Shown here: positions 19,642-30,996 of the stretch, in pieces
Numbering within the stretch: the first letter of the stretch is position 1
Layout of the letters: every line of letters begins with the position of its first letter
NCBI GenBank assembly: GCA_036654235.1
Contig: JAVVSK010000001.1
Coordinates: forward strand, 7,758-71,757
Reading direction: 5' to 3'
Length of the DNA stretch: 64,000 nt
DNA from: Clostridia bacterium
Lineage (GTDB): Bacteria; Bacillota; Clostridia; Christensenellales; CAG-138
Translations under genes and position numbers: made by a program
The notes under the pieces: model-generated
The model's database searches: none
What the model was told of the DNA's origin: nothing
The model's input: only the letters and a program-made list of their open reading frames with translations

Positions 19642-20523
19642 ATGAAAACGAAAAAAACAGTGACCATGATTCTGACCGTATTGACCCTTTGCCTCGTGCT
19701 TACCGCTTGCACCAGCACGAACAATAACCCTGCCTCGGCCAGTCCATCACAATCGGAAACCAAGCTTCTTGCCGGCGTACTGGAGCAAAACAGTTTGGAA
19801 ACCTCCGCCCGAAAGCAGTGGACAGAGGTTAAGGGTAACAGTACCTTGAGCGAGAAAGTCAAATACACTTCCTTCTCTACATTGAACGCTATGCTGATGG
19901 AGTTGAATGCCGGGCGAGTGAATTATTTGCAACTTCCAAGCAGTGTCGCCAACTATCTGGCTGCCACGGACAACAAGCTCATCGTAGTTGAGCCAAAGCC
20001 AGTCAGACTGCATTACCATATGGCGGGCCGCGCGGAGGATACCGCGCTGTGTGAAGAAATGAACAGCGCCATCGACAAACTGAAAGCCAATGGTACACTG
20101 GATCAGTTGGTTGCCGACTATATCACCAACGCCAAAGGTGCGCCCACCGCCAATAAGCTGGCACACAAAGAGGGCGGAGAAACTCATATCGTCGCCGTCA
20201 CCGGCGATTTGCCGCCGCTGGACTATGTTTCCGCCGACGGCACACCCGCGGGTTTCAATGTGGCGCTGCTCAATGCCGTCTCTGAGTTAACCGGCTGTAA
20301 TTTTGAAATTGTGCAGTTGGAAGCCTCTGCCCGACTTTCCGCACTTGCGAGCGGGAAAGTCGACATGATTTTCTGGATCGGCTGTTGGAGCAACGACGAT
20401 TATGAACCAAGCGAGGATGGCGTTTGCCTGACCACACCGTATTTTGAGGAAGACATCTGCTTCGTAGGGTACTCAAAGGAGATTATGGAAAAAGTTGCGT
20501 TGCTTTTTCAAAACAAAAAATAA
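19642..20523 (+). CDS. Lipoprotein, family-3 (polar amino acid type) ABC substrate-binding protein with reversed half-domain order
   Basis: 293 aa. Lipobox LTAC. The C-terminal-type half (NAGRVNYLQLPSSVANYL...KLKANGTLDQLVADYI) precedes the N-terminal-type half (HIVAVTGDLPPLDYVSADGTPAGFNVALLNAV...LASGKVDMIFW...LTTPYFEED). Confidence 0.8.
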   Translation: MKTKKTVTMILTVLTLCLVLTACTSTNNNPASASPSQSETKLLAGVLEQNSLETSARKQWTEVKGNSTLSEKVKYTSFSTLNAMLMELNAGRVNYLQLPSSVANYLAATDNKLIVVEPKPVRLHYHMAGRAEDTALCEEMNSAIDKLKANGTLDQLVADYITNAKGAPTANKLAHKEGGETHIVAVTGDLPPLDYVSADGTPAGFNVALLNAVSELTGCNFEIVQLEASARLSALASGKVDMIFWIGCWSNDDYEPSEDGVCLTTPYFEEDICFVGYSKEIMEKVALLFQNKK

Positions 20524-20572
20524 GCCCCATGATGCGGGTTTGCTAAGACAGATAAGGAGAAGATAGATCACT

Positions 20573-21435
20573 ATGAAAAATGCTAACCCTGATTGTGGTC
20601 ACCATGATACTTTGCGCTACTCTATCTGCCTTCCAGAATCGTTTGTTAGGGCGTACCTCCGCGGCGGAAGAAACATTTTCCATCGAGAAAGCCGTTGAGG
20701 TAATACGGCGGCATACCTGCTGAAGCACTGCAAGACCGTCACTTACGCCCAACTAAACTATGACAACGGTGACACGATACATAGAATTTTTTACACAGAT
20801 GACAAGGGAAATCTATCTTCCACGGGGGATAGCTCCGGCTATGCCGACTACCAGACTGACTATCTGGATTTTCACCACCCCCGAGCAGGGCGAGGTCGTC
20901 TATACCATTTCTGCTGCAAAGGATATCTATGTCAGCGATTATTTGTTTGCTGTTCCCGGCGGAACGTTTACCGTCCGGGTCACCGACGGGAACGGCAATC
21001 TGGTCTGTACAGCCCAAGCGAGTATTGCCGGGACTACGCATTGGGCTGTCGGATTTTGGAACGATTACCACCGAGGACAAAATGGTGACCACCTCAGTTT
21101 TTGCGTATGATGACTTCCGCGCACTGACTATTGACTTTACGATCTACCGACCAGATGGCTCGGAAATCAAAATAGCCTCCGGCGCGCTGTTTTACGACCG
21201 GGAAGCGCAATATACAGACGTGATAAAAAGCTATCCGGAGGTCGAAAAAGTCACTGTTTCCGTTCGGATGCCCGATGGAAGTACCCGCACAGCGGGAATT
21301 CCCAAGGGAGAAGTCTTTACATGGGACTTCGACAATGCCTATGCCCTTTACGCGGATAAGGACGGCAAAATGCTACTGGGCGAAAAATCGCAGCCGATAC
21401 AGACGGATTTGACGCTGTACTGTCTGCCAAAATAA
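20573..21435 (+). pseudogene. Frameshifted gene for a secreted hypothetical protein
   Basis: A signal-peptide-like MLTLIVVTMILCATLSA frame stops at about 20722. The reading then continues in frames 20760..21110 and 20929..21435, which overlap and join sensibly near 21055 (..THWAVGF / GTITTEDKMV..). Confidence 0.5.
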
Positions 21436-21442
21436 AAGCGAA

Positions 21443-21869
21443 AAGAGGCTGGTGCTTGCGGTAGTCATGACCTTTACATCGGTCGGCTGTTCGGGGCAGT
21501 AGACAACCCGGAAAACGACGGATAAACCAGATGGGGAGACTTCAACGCAGGGCTATCTCTCCATGTTGTATTTTGAACTGGCGCAACGTGCGTCCTTCCG
21601 TGCTACCTTGCCCTACACTTTTCTTTCTATAGAAAAATATAATCGGCAGAGCATCCCTCTCTTTCCGAGATACAGCTTGCGTTGGCCGAGGGAAAATTGA
21701 CCGGATCTATCTGCCCTATGATACCGCGGGCTATGCGCAGAGTCAAAATCCGAATTTGACGGTGGCGGTGGATGCATGTCTGACGGCACTTGTCGGCAAA
21801 AAAAATGATCCGGTGTTCTGGATGATGCTAGATGACTCTGGCGACAATTCGGATGTGGACGGCGTATGA
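21443..21869 (+). pseudogene. Eroded lipoprotein / binding-protein-like gene
   Basis: KRLVLAVVMTFTSVGCSGQ (a lipobox with no start codon left) is followed by a stop. Then a shifted frame carries ...GKIDRIYLPYDTAGYAQSQNPNLTV..., resembling the C-terminal-type half of neighbouring binding proteins. Confidence 0.4.
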
Positions 21870-22001
21870 ATCACGAAGCCATACCATAAATCCTACGGCG
21901 CTGCCATCACTCAGGACTATCTATATGATGATATTCTAAAAATCTTTGGACTTCTTAAAAACTGGCGCATAAAAAGTCCTATTCAGAAAGCAGGTGATTT
22001 C

Positions 22002-22688
22002 ATGTCTCTGGGCGATATTTTCTATAAAACGCTAATTGAAGGCGGGTCTTGGTTGACCATTCTTAAAGGTCTTTGGGTTACGGTGGAAATTACGCTCCTG
22101 TCCATGGTGCTGGGGACATTGTTGGCGGCGCTGGTGTGCGCTTTGCGCCTACGAAAAGGGCGTTTTCCACGCACTGTGGCAAGCGTTTATATCGCAGTGC
22201 TGCGCGGCAGTCCGGTACTACTTTTGCTGATGATTATGTACTATGTTGTTTTTGCCAAAAGTACGCTTTCCGCACCGCTCATCGCGGTGGCGGCCTACAC
22301 GCTGAACTTCTCCGCCCACGCGGCGGAGGTTATGCGCGCGGCTCTCTCCGCCACCGACAAAATGCAGACCGAGGCGGCGCGGACGCTTGGCTTTTCAAAA
22401 TGGCAGGCTTTCCGCCTGATTACGCTGCCCCAGGCGGCGAAAATCGCCAAGCCCGTCTACCAGTCCACCATAGTAAACCTGATTCAGTGGACAAGTGTGG
22501 TGGGATATGTCACCATCACCGACCTCACCCGAGTAATAAATAACATCAGTTCCCGCACGATGCAACCTCTTTTTATGTTGCTGGTGGGTATCGCACTCTA
22601 TCTAGGACTGGCCTACCTTTGCTATGGCGTATTCGCGTGGCTGGATCGGCGTGAGGAAAACAGAGTGGCAAGGAGGCAGGCGCAATGA
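22002..22688 (+). CDS. Polar-amino-acid ABC transporter permease (His/Glu/Gln/Arg/opine family)
   Basis: 228 aa with about 5 hydrophobic helices and the EAA-type loop TEAARTLGFSKWQAFRLITLPQA. A 4-nt overlap with the ATPase gene. Confidence 0.9.
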   Translation: MSLGDIFYKTLIEGGSWLTILKGLWVTVEITLLSMVLGTLLAALVCALRLRKGRFPRTVASVYIAVLRGSPVLLLLMIMYYVVFAKSTLSAPLIAVAAYTLNFSAHAAEVMRAALSATDKMQTEAARTLGFSKWQAFRLITLPQAAKIAKPVYQSTIVNLIQWTSVVGYVTITDLTRVINNISSRTMQPLFMLLVGIALYLGLAYLCYGVFAWLDRREENRVARRQAQ

Positions 22689-23779
22689 GTATGCTTCGCG
22701 TGGAAAATCTAAGCAAGGCCTTCGGCAGTCTCCAAGTACTGCGAAACGTTAGTCTCACGGTGGAGCAGGGAGAGCGCATTGCGCTCATTGGTCGCTCCGG
22801 CTGCGGCAAGAGCGTGTTTCTGCGCTCGCTTGAGCTTTTGGAACAACCGGACACCGGACGCATTTTTATCGGTGAGAATGAAATTACTGCCAAAGGTGCC
22901 AATGTAGATGCAATCCGCAGCCGTATGGGCATGGTATATCAGGGCTTTCATCTGTTTGAGCACATGGATGTGTTGGAAAACATCACTCTCGCACCCATCC
23001 GTTTGCGGAGGATGTCTCCACAGGCGGCAGAAGGAAAGGCCATGGAACTTTTGCGCATGGTGGGTCTGGAAAGCAAGCGCCATGCAATGCCGGAGGTTCT
23101 TTCCGGCGGACAGAAGCAGCGCATTGCTATCTGCCGATGCCTTGCCATGGAACCGCAGATTATGCTGTTCGATGAACCCACCAGCGCGTTAGACCCCACA
23201 ATGGTGGGTGAGGTGCTGGCTACTATCCGAATGCTTGCTAAGCGGGATATGACCATGCTCATTGTCACCCACGAAATGACCTTTGCTCGTGAGGTTGCTA
23301 CTCGGGTGCTCTACTTTGACGAGTACGGTATCTATGAGGAGGGCGCGCCGGAGGAATTGTTTGACCATCCCCAAAAGCCGAAGACACAGGCGTTCATCCG
23401 CAAGCTAAAATTCTTTGACCAGCACATCGACCGCCGGGACTTTGACCTCATGCAGCTCCACGGCGGCATCCGGAATTTTGCTGAGCGGTACGGGCTGGAA
23501 TCTAAATACGCAAACCGACTTCAGCTTTGCACCGAGGAACTGGTCTATGAGTTGCTGAACGGTTGCGGGGCGGAAGTTGACCTGAACGTGGAAATTACAT
23601 ATGGAGAGCTGACCAAGTCGGTGACTCTTAGTTGCGACTGCGCCGGTGAATCCTTCAACCCCTTCGACACGGCGGGCGACGAGGAGATCCATCTGGGCTT
23701 GACCATTCTGAAAAATGTGTCAAAAAATATTGAATGCCAATATGAAAACGGGCGCAATCTGGTGAAAATCAAATTATAG
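22685..23779 (+). CDS. Polar-amino-acid ABC transporter ATP-binding protein with a roughly 120-aa C-terminal RsbW-like (GHKL-type) extension
   Basis: Walker A GRSGCGKS, signature LSGGQKQR, Walker B MLFDEPTSALD and H-loop VTHEM. The protein is 364 aa, against about 245 aa for GlnQ-type proteins. See the finding for the tail. Confidence 0.9.
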   Translation: MSMLRVENLSKAFGSLQVLRNVSLTVEQGERIALIGRSGCGKSVFLRSLELLEQPDTGRIFIGENEITAKGANVDAIRSRMGMVYQGFHLFEHMDVLENITLAPIRLRRMSPQAAEGKAMELLRMVGLESKRHAMPEVLSGGQKQRIAICRCLAMEPQIMLFDEPTSALDPTMVGEVLATIRMLAKRDMTMLIVTHEMTFAREVATRVLYFDEYGIYEEGAPEELFDHPQKPKTQAFIRKLKFFDQHIDRRDFDLMQLHGGIRNFAERYGLESKYANRLQLCTEELVYELLNGCGAEVDLNVEITYGELTKSVTLSCDCAGESFNPFDTAGDEEIHLGLTILKNVSKNIECQYENGRNLVKIKL

Positions 23780-23791
23780 GAAGAACAACAT

Positions 23792-24600
23792 ATGACAAAG
23801 AGACGAATTGTAGATATTTTGGCGTGTATCATTCTGTGTGCAGCGCTTGTCGGCTGCGGAAAACAGAATACGCCGGATTTTACCTTCTCCTATCTCCGTA
23901 ACAGCCGGATTGAGCTTGTGTCGGAACAAGCGGCATGGGATCAAAGCAAGAAGCTGGACAGTGTGAAGTATCGGACAACGATAACTTTACGGTAAACGGC
24001 AAGGAAATTCATTCTACTGATTACGGCAGCGCAAATGAGGCGATGATGGTTTTCGACGGTGGGAAGGTGGACTGTGTCTATCTTCCGCTTTGCGTTGCGC
24101 AATATCTGTGTGCGGATCGGAATGAACTGCATATCGTGCAGGATACTTGGAATTCGCTGTATCAAATGGCGGAGCCTTCCGCGCAGTCGAAACTGCTAAT
24201 GAGGATTGACCAACAAATTGCTCTATGACAGAGGGACGGTACGCTGGACAGTCTCGCAAAGACCTATTTAGAGAACCAATCGCCAGGGAAACCGCCCACC
24301 ACCTCCGCATCCCAACCTGATGAATGGGCGACGGTGAAGGTAGGGGGTGATCGGTACTCTGCCGCCGCTTGACTATGTCTTGACGGATGGAATGCCCTCA
24401 GGCTACAATATGCTGTTACTAGCCGCGATGAGTGAGGCGCTACATATCAACGATGCAATCATTCTGTGCCTACGTAGAAAATTAAAGCCGAAGTAGATGC
24501 TATTTATGAAAAGAAGGTAGATGGTTTTACCGTTTTTTCTGCGAACGGAAATTGCTTTGACGCTACAGGCACAAAGCTACGCGAAGACACACTGATGTAA
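23792..24600 (+). pseudogene. Broken lipoprotein substrate-binding protein (frameshifts plus in-frame TGA), same reversed half-domain order
   Basis: Lipobox LVGC. There is a frame change near 23930-23975, an in-frame TGA at 24226-24228 inside ...IDQQIAL*QRDGTLDSLAKTYL, and a frameshift at the G5 run 24343-24347. After that the reading is VGVIGTLPPLDYVLTDGMPSGYNMLLLAAMSEAL. The 3' part is truncated. Confidence 0.65.
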
Positions 24601-24770
24601 CTGTTTTTTATAACGCTACCGACGAATAAATAGAGACTATTTTAGACGAGGTTTTGCCGGACTTGTATCAAAGTGTAATTCTTATAGAAAAGAAACAAAC
24701 GCTAAAATCGTTTTTTACGGCGGCGCACTGTAAAGCGTAGCAAATCCAATCCAAAGAAAGGTGATCCACC

Positions 24771-27700
24771 ATGAGATATCAAATTATACGGACAATCGCG
24801 CTTGCACTGACCCTGATTACACTGACGAGCCTTCTGGCAGGCTGCAATGGAAAGGCAAAGCCGATCGTTACCGAGGCTTCGGATATGAACGATGAGGTCT
24901 ATATCATCGGCGTACTCTCTGGCGCGATGGCGGTGAACGCGGTAGAAAGTGCACTATCCAAAGCGAAAATGAAACATTACAACAGCCTATCGGATGCATA
25001 TCTCGCCGTCCAACAGGGAAAGGTGGATGCCTTTGCATTTGACCGATATCTGCTGAACTTTGCCATTGCGAATGGACTCACCGGTGTCAAGGTGCTCCCC
25101 GGCGATGTAGGCGCGGTCGGCGATGTGGGAATCGGAATTTCCAGAAAATCCGACATACCCGATTTGCAGCAGAAAATCAACGACTGCTTGGTACAGCTGG
25201 AGACCGACGGGACGTTGGACAACATGTTTCAACGCTGGGTTTTGAACGCCGACGATACCATGCCGGATGTCCCTAAGCCCGAACAGCCTACCATGACCTT
25301 AAAGGTCGGCACATCGGGTCTTACACAACCGTTCAGCTATTACAAGGGGAACGAACTGACGGGATATGATTTGGAGTTGACAGCACGCCTTGCGCTTTTT
25401 CTAAACGCGAAACTTGAAATCAAGGTTTACAACTACGATGGCCTTCCCTCAGCGGCGGAAGCCGGAAGTATCGACTGTATTTTGGCGAACCTCAACGCTA
25501 CGCCGGAGCGCCGGGAGATGATGGACTTTTCCACACCGATCTACCAGACAAATACGGCTCTTCTGGTGAAGGATGAGGGCACTACGGCGGAAGCGCCCAA
25601 TGTACCACTGGAGACAGCGAACTACGGCGTAATGAAAGGCTCCTCGGGCGAAAGCTATCTGCTTGAGCACTACCCGAAGGCTAAACGAAGCACATTTGCA
25701 TCCAACGCGGACGCTTTTGCGGCGTTGGCGGCAAATAAGGTGGATTATGTTTTGACAGCCTATACAATCTGCAATAACGCAATTGAAACGAACAGCGAAT
25801 TCGTGATTTACAAAGAAAACATGGCTGATCAGGAGATCGCCATGGCAGTAGCTAAGGATAACCCTAAGCTGTTGGAACAGATAAATGGTGTTATTGAGAA
25901 ATTCCAAAAGGACGGCAGGTTAGATGAAATCCATCATCGCTGGACGGATGCGCGGGGAAATTATACGCCGATTGATGTCCCCGTTGCTCAGGGGAAAAAT
26001 GGCATTCTGCGTTTGGCAACCAGCGGAGAACAGGAACCCTTTGGTTTTGTGCTGGACGGCAAGCTGCAAGGGCTGGACTGCGAGCTTATTGAACGGGTCG
26101 CCTTTGAACTGGACATGACCGTGGAATATCATACAATGTCGTTTGATAGTCTCATCGCCGCACTTTCCTCCGGTAAGGCGGATGTGATCTGCTCCGCAAT
26201 GGCGGTCACAGAGGAACGGCTTAAAAGCGTGAATTTTACCATCCCCTATTTGAATAACCCATTGAGCCTGGTTTGCCGCAAAAGCGATTTGGTGAATATC
26301 CTTCCGTCACAGACCGCCGCGGATGTCTCCCGCGTTCCGGTGGAGATCGCCCGCATTGGCGTGATGGATGCTTCCACCAACGCGCTCTACGCCGAGGAGC
26401 ACTACCCAAACGCAAAAATTCAGAGCTTTAAAAATTATGTAGACAGCACGGTCGCTCTCGACGCGGGTAAGCTGGACTATGCTATGATGGATTATACCAG
26501 TGCGTTGCGTTTTATCCGCAGCAACCGTAATTTGGAAATCGTAGCTGACGCTCTGACTGACGAAAAGCTCTGTTTGGGCATCAGTAAAAGCGAGCCGGAG
26601 TTTGCCAAAAAGGTGAGCGCCGTTGTGGATAAATACCTTGCCGACGGCACCATGGACGAAATCATCTCACACTGGATTAAGCCCGACGGAAGCGACTATA
26701 ACGTGCTGGAAACGCCTAGGATGGACGGCGCGCCGAAAATCAAGGTGGCAATAATCGCCTCCCGTGAGCCGACCACCTTCCTGTTGGATGGAAAATATGC
26801 AGGATTGGATATTGAGCTAATCGACCGCGTCCTCTATGAGCTGGGTTATCAGGCTGAATACATAGACATGGACTTAGCTGCGGTTCTCGCTACTGTGGAA
26901 AGCAATAAGGCTGAGATGACCCTCGGTATGTATAGTACCCCGGAACGGGCGGAAAAGCTCTTGTTTACCGCGCCCTATTTCGCCAATCCTCAGGTTATGT
27001 TGGCGCGCAAAACAGGCGAAACGGCAGCGGCGACGCCTGTCTCTTCCAACACTGCCGGATACGGCATTACCAGCATTTTAGCGCAGGACTATCTTGCGGG
27101 GAAATATCCAAGCGCCAAGTTCTTCATGTTCCCCGCCGCGGCAGATGCTATGTTGGCGCTCCGGAGCGGAAAACTGGACTATGTTATGGCTTCGCGCGCT
27201 ACCGTCGGTTACATGATGAAACAGGACTATACCCTCAAAATCGTTGGGAATAGTCTTTTCAATGAGGCATGCTACATCGCCGTCTCCAAACAACAGCCGG
27301 ACTTACGTGACAAGGTGGACTCCGTGCTTTCCAAGTTCAAGGCGGACGGCATCCTTAACGAGTTGACTGACCGTTGGACATTGGACGGTTCGGACTATTA
27401 CCGTAGCAAGGAAATTGAGTCGGCAGAGGGAAGAAACGGTGTTTTAAAAGTAGCTTTTTCCCCCGATGTGCCGCCGATTTGCTTTGTGCAGGACGGAAAA
27501 CCTGTCGGGATCAACGTGGAACTGATTGAGCTAATCGCCAAAGAGCTTGACATGACAGTGGAATTCTCCACCATGGATTTTGATGCGTTGCTCCCGGCTA
27601 TCCAGTCCGGAAAAGTGGATCTTGCCATCTCGGATATCAATGCCACGGACGAGCGTCGCAAGCGCGTGGATTTCACACAGAGCTATTTCGACAATCCCCA

Positions 27701-29191
27701 GGTGTTGGTAAGTCTGAGAGATACCGTGACCGACACGGGCGTACCCAAGTACACTGCCATTTCTCAACTCTCCGGCAAGGTTGTCGCCTGCCGGACAGGC
27801 TCGGTGCTGGATGTTCTCGTGGGCGGCGTCGTCCGGAACGTGACGTTCGCTTACTTCAACACTCATACCGATGAGCTTGCGGCACTCCAAAACGGAAAGG
27901 TGGAGGCCGTGCCGTTGGACGAGCCTATGGCGCGGCTGGCGGTGGCGCAAAATTCGGGCTTTGCTATCCTACCCGAACAAATCGTGGAAGATCATTACGG
28001 TATCGCCTTGCAAAAGGACAGCCCATTGACCGATCAGGTGAATGCGGCCATCGCTCAGCTGAGGACCGACGGAACTTTGGAAGAGATGAAGGAAAAATGG
28101 ACCGGTTTCGACGATAGTGCAAAGACTCTTCCGTATTTCGACTACCCCGGCGCGAACGGGACGCTGCGGGTGGCTCACGATATTGCCTCAGAACCAATGG
28201 AGTATATTGGCGCAAACGGTGCCGCTGTTGGCTACGATTTGGAGCTGATACTGCGCATCGGTAAAATTCTTGATCGCAAGGTGGAATTCGCCGCCGTGGA
28301 TTTTTCAGGGCTCATTCCCATGCTGCAAAGCGGAAAGGCTGACGCTGCCGTGGGATGCATGTCTATAACAGACGAGCGCAAAAAGACGGTGGACATGAGC
28401 GATTCCTATTACGATGGCGGACTCTATTTTGTGGTGTCCAAGGTGACCGAAGGGCAGTCCTCTGTGACTGCCCAACAGCAAACGAGTTTCTGGGACGGCT
28501 TGAAGGCTAGCTTTACCCGCACTTTCCTCACGGAAAACCGCTGGAAACTGGTGTTGGACGGGCTGGGAGTCACGGTGCTCATTTCAATTTGCTCAGGGCT
28601 GATTGGCTCCCTCATGGGCTTTGGTATCTGTATGCTTCGTCGCAGTAAAAAGCGTATCGCTGCTCTCCCGGCGGCGGGCTTTATACGGCTCATTCAGGGC
28701 ACACCTATCGTAGTGCTGCTGATGATCCTCTACTATATTATCTTTGGTAAGGTAGATGTCTCCTCTGTTCTGGTGGCGATTTTCGGCTTTGCGGTAAATT
28801 TCGGTGTCTATGTATCCGAGATGATGCGCACCGGTATTGATGCGGTGGATCGTGGGCAGATAGAAGCGGCTAACGCCCTGGGATTTACCAGAACAAGAAC
28901 CTTCTGGAAGATCACCTTTCCGCAGGCGGCTCGGCATTTTCTCCCGGTATTTAAGGGCGAGTTTATTTCCATGGTCAAGATGACCTCGGTGGTGGGCTAT
29001 ATCGCTATTCAGGATCTGACTAAGGTGTCTGACATCATCCGCAGCCGCACACTGGAGGCATTTTTCCCGCTCATTGCCACGGCGATTATTTACTTTCTCG
29101 TGGCAAATATTCTGACCATGCTGTTATCCCGGCTTGAAGTCAGCCTTGACCCCAAGCGCCGCAAGCGTACTGTGAAAGGAGTGGTTATGAA

Positions 29192-29195
<4 letters not shown>
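24771..29195 (+). CDS. Lipoprotein with ten alternating family-3 binding-protein half-domains (five domain equivalents) fused to a C-terminal ABC permease domain
   Basis: Uninterrupted 1,474-codon ORF. Signal peptide with lipobox LLAGC. Five T/S-x-E-R...PY motifs and five DG(T/R/I)(L/M)...W motifs. The C-terminal 225 aa have permease helices and the EAA loop IEAANALGFTRTRTFWKITFPQA. Confidence 0.88.
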
Positions 29196-29793
<598 letters not shown>

Positions 29794-29886
29794 AGCAATC
29801 ACTTGCGGAAGCGCATCGCCACGATATTGACGAAAAACACGAATTTGTTGAAAGCATCATACGAAAAGCAAAGGAGGAACTATATA

Positions 29887-30984
29887 GTGAGCAGAATTGA
29901 AAATGTTCAAAGTTATATAAACAGTATCTTTGACAAAATATCGGATGATGACGAAAAACGCGTAGCATATATTCATACCTATGGAGTTGCACAAGAATGT
30001 GCTTTGCTTGCTGCCAAGCGTGGACTGAATAGCGAACTTGCAACTGTCATCGGGCTGTTACATGATGTCTATTCATATAAGACAGGTGTGCGGCCGCTGC
30101 ATTCACATAATGGTGCCGAAATGATTCGTGTGGCTTTTAAATACGATCTTACCGGGCTTTTCCTTGAAGATGAGCAGACAATAATAAAATCCGCAATATA
30201 TCATCATACGGACAAAGAACATACACATGATAATTATGACGAACTGCTAAAAGACTGTGATGTTCTGCAACACTATATTTATGATGCTGCATATGGGAAT
30301 TTTAATGGTCTTCGTTTGGAAAGGGTTGCGCTCGAAATCGGTATTGATGTTCCGAAAACAAGTCAATCAAATGGTAAAAAAGTCAAAAGGTTCTTCAATC
30401 AACGCAGTGTTGGAGATATTGCTGAAAAGCTTGCATCTGGAAGCATTTCTGGTAAGAGAAGTAATCCTGAATATATGGAAATTATCAAGTATTATCCCGA
30501 ACAATCTGCTTTTAACGAATTAGATCATGCATGGTGTGCAGCTTTCGTTTATCACTGCTGCATAAAGGCAGGTTTGGCACTGCCGCTGCGTACACCTCAT
30601 ACGGCTAAAGAAATTGCGGACTGCCGATTTGCCTGCGTTGTTGCGTGGTATGAATGGGCGAACAGACATGGTTATTGTAAATATGAAAAAGATGGGTATA
30701 TTCCGCAGCGCGGCGATATCGTTCTGTACAACAATATAATACCGAAGGAAAACAAGCCGGAAAACAGCACTTGGTGCGACCATATAGGTGTTGTTCTTTC
30801 GTGTGTAGCTGGCTGTCTGTCAGTAGCGGAAGGTAATGTGGACAACAAAAATATATCAGGCATAATAAATCGTAAGCGTGATGACAGCATCGGGTGTTAT
30901 ATAAGAATACCGGAAGATTATGAATATGACGAATGGAAAACAGATTTTAAGACAGGTAATTATCGAGTTGACAGTTTTGCTTAA
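29887..30984 (+). CDS. Cytoplasmic HD-domain / CHAP-domain fusion protein
   Basis: I prefer GTG 29887 (AAGGAGG 8 nt upstream) to the track's TTG 29803. The HD motif is HTYGVAQECALLA...VIGLLHDV. The CHAP pattern is DHAWCAAFVYH...RGDIVLY...CDHIGVVL...AEGNVDN. There is no signal peptide. Confidence 0.75.
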   Translation: MSRIENVQSYINSIFDKISDDDEKRVAYIHTYGVAQECALLAAKRGLNSELATVIGLLHDVYSYKTGVRPLHSHNGAEMIRVAFKYDLTGLFLEDEQTIIKSAIYHHTDKEHTHDNYDELLKDCDVLQHYIYDAAYGNFNGLRLERVALEIGIDVPKTSQSNGKKVKRFFNQRSVGDIAEKLASGSISGKRSNPEYMEIIKYYPEQSAFNELDHAWCAAFVYHCCIKAGLALPLRTPHTAKEIADCRFACVVAWYEWANRHGYCKYEKDGYIPQRGDIVLYNNIIPKENKPENSTWCDHIGVVLSCVAGCLSVAEGNVDNKNISGIINRKRDDSIGCYIRIPEDYEYDEWKTDFKTGNYRVDSFA

Positions 30985-30996
30985 GGAGGGATTTGC

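Noticed and set aside
22073-22543. 156-aa alternative-frame ORF inside the permease gene, and similar long shadow ORFs across 22.5-29.5 kb on both strands
   Set aside because: They are typical stop-poor shadow frames of GC-rich DNA. The products are Arg/Gly/Ala-rich with no motifs, and the annotated frames carry clear ABC motifs.
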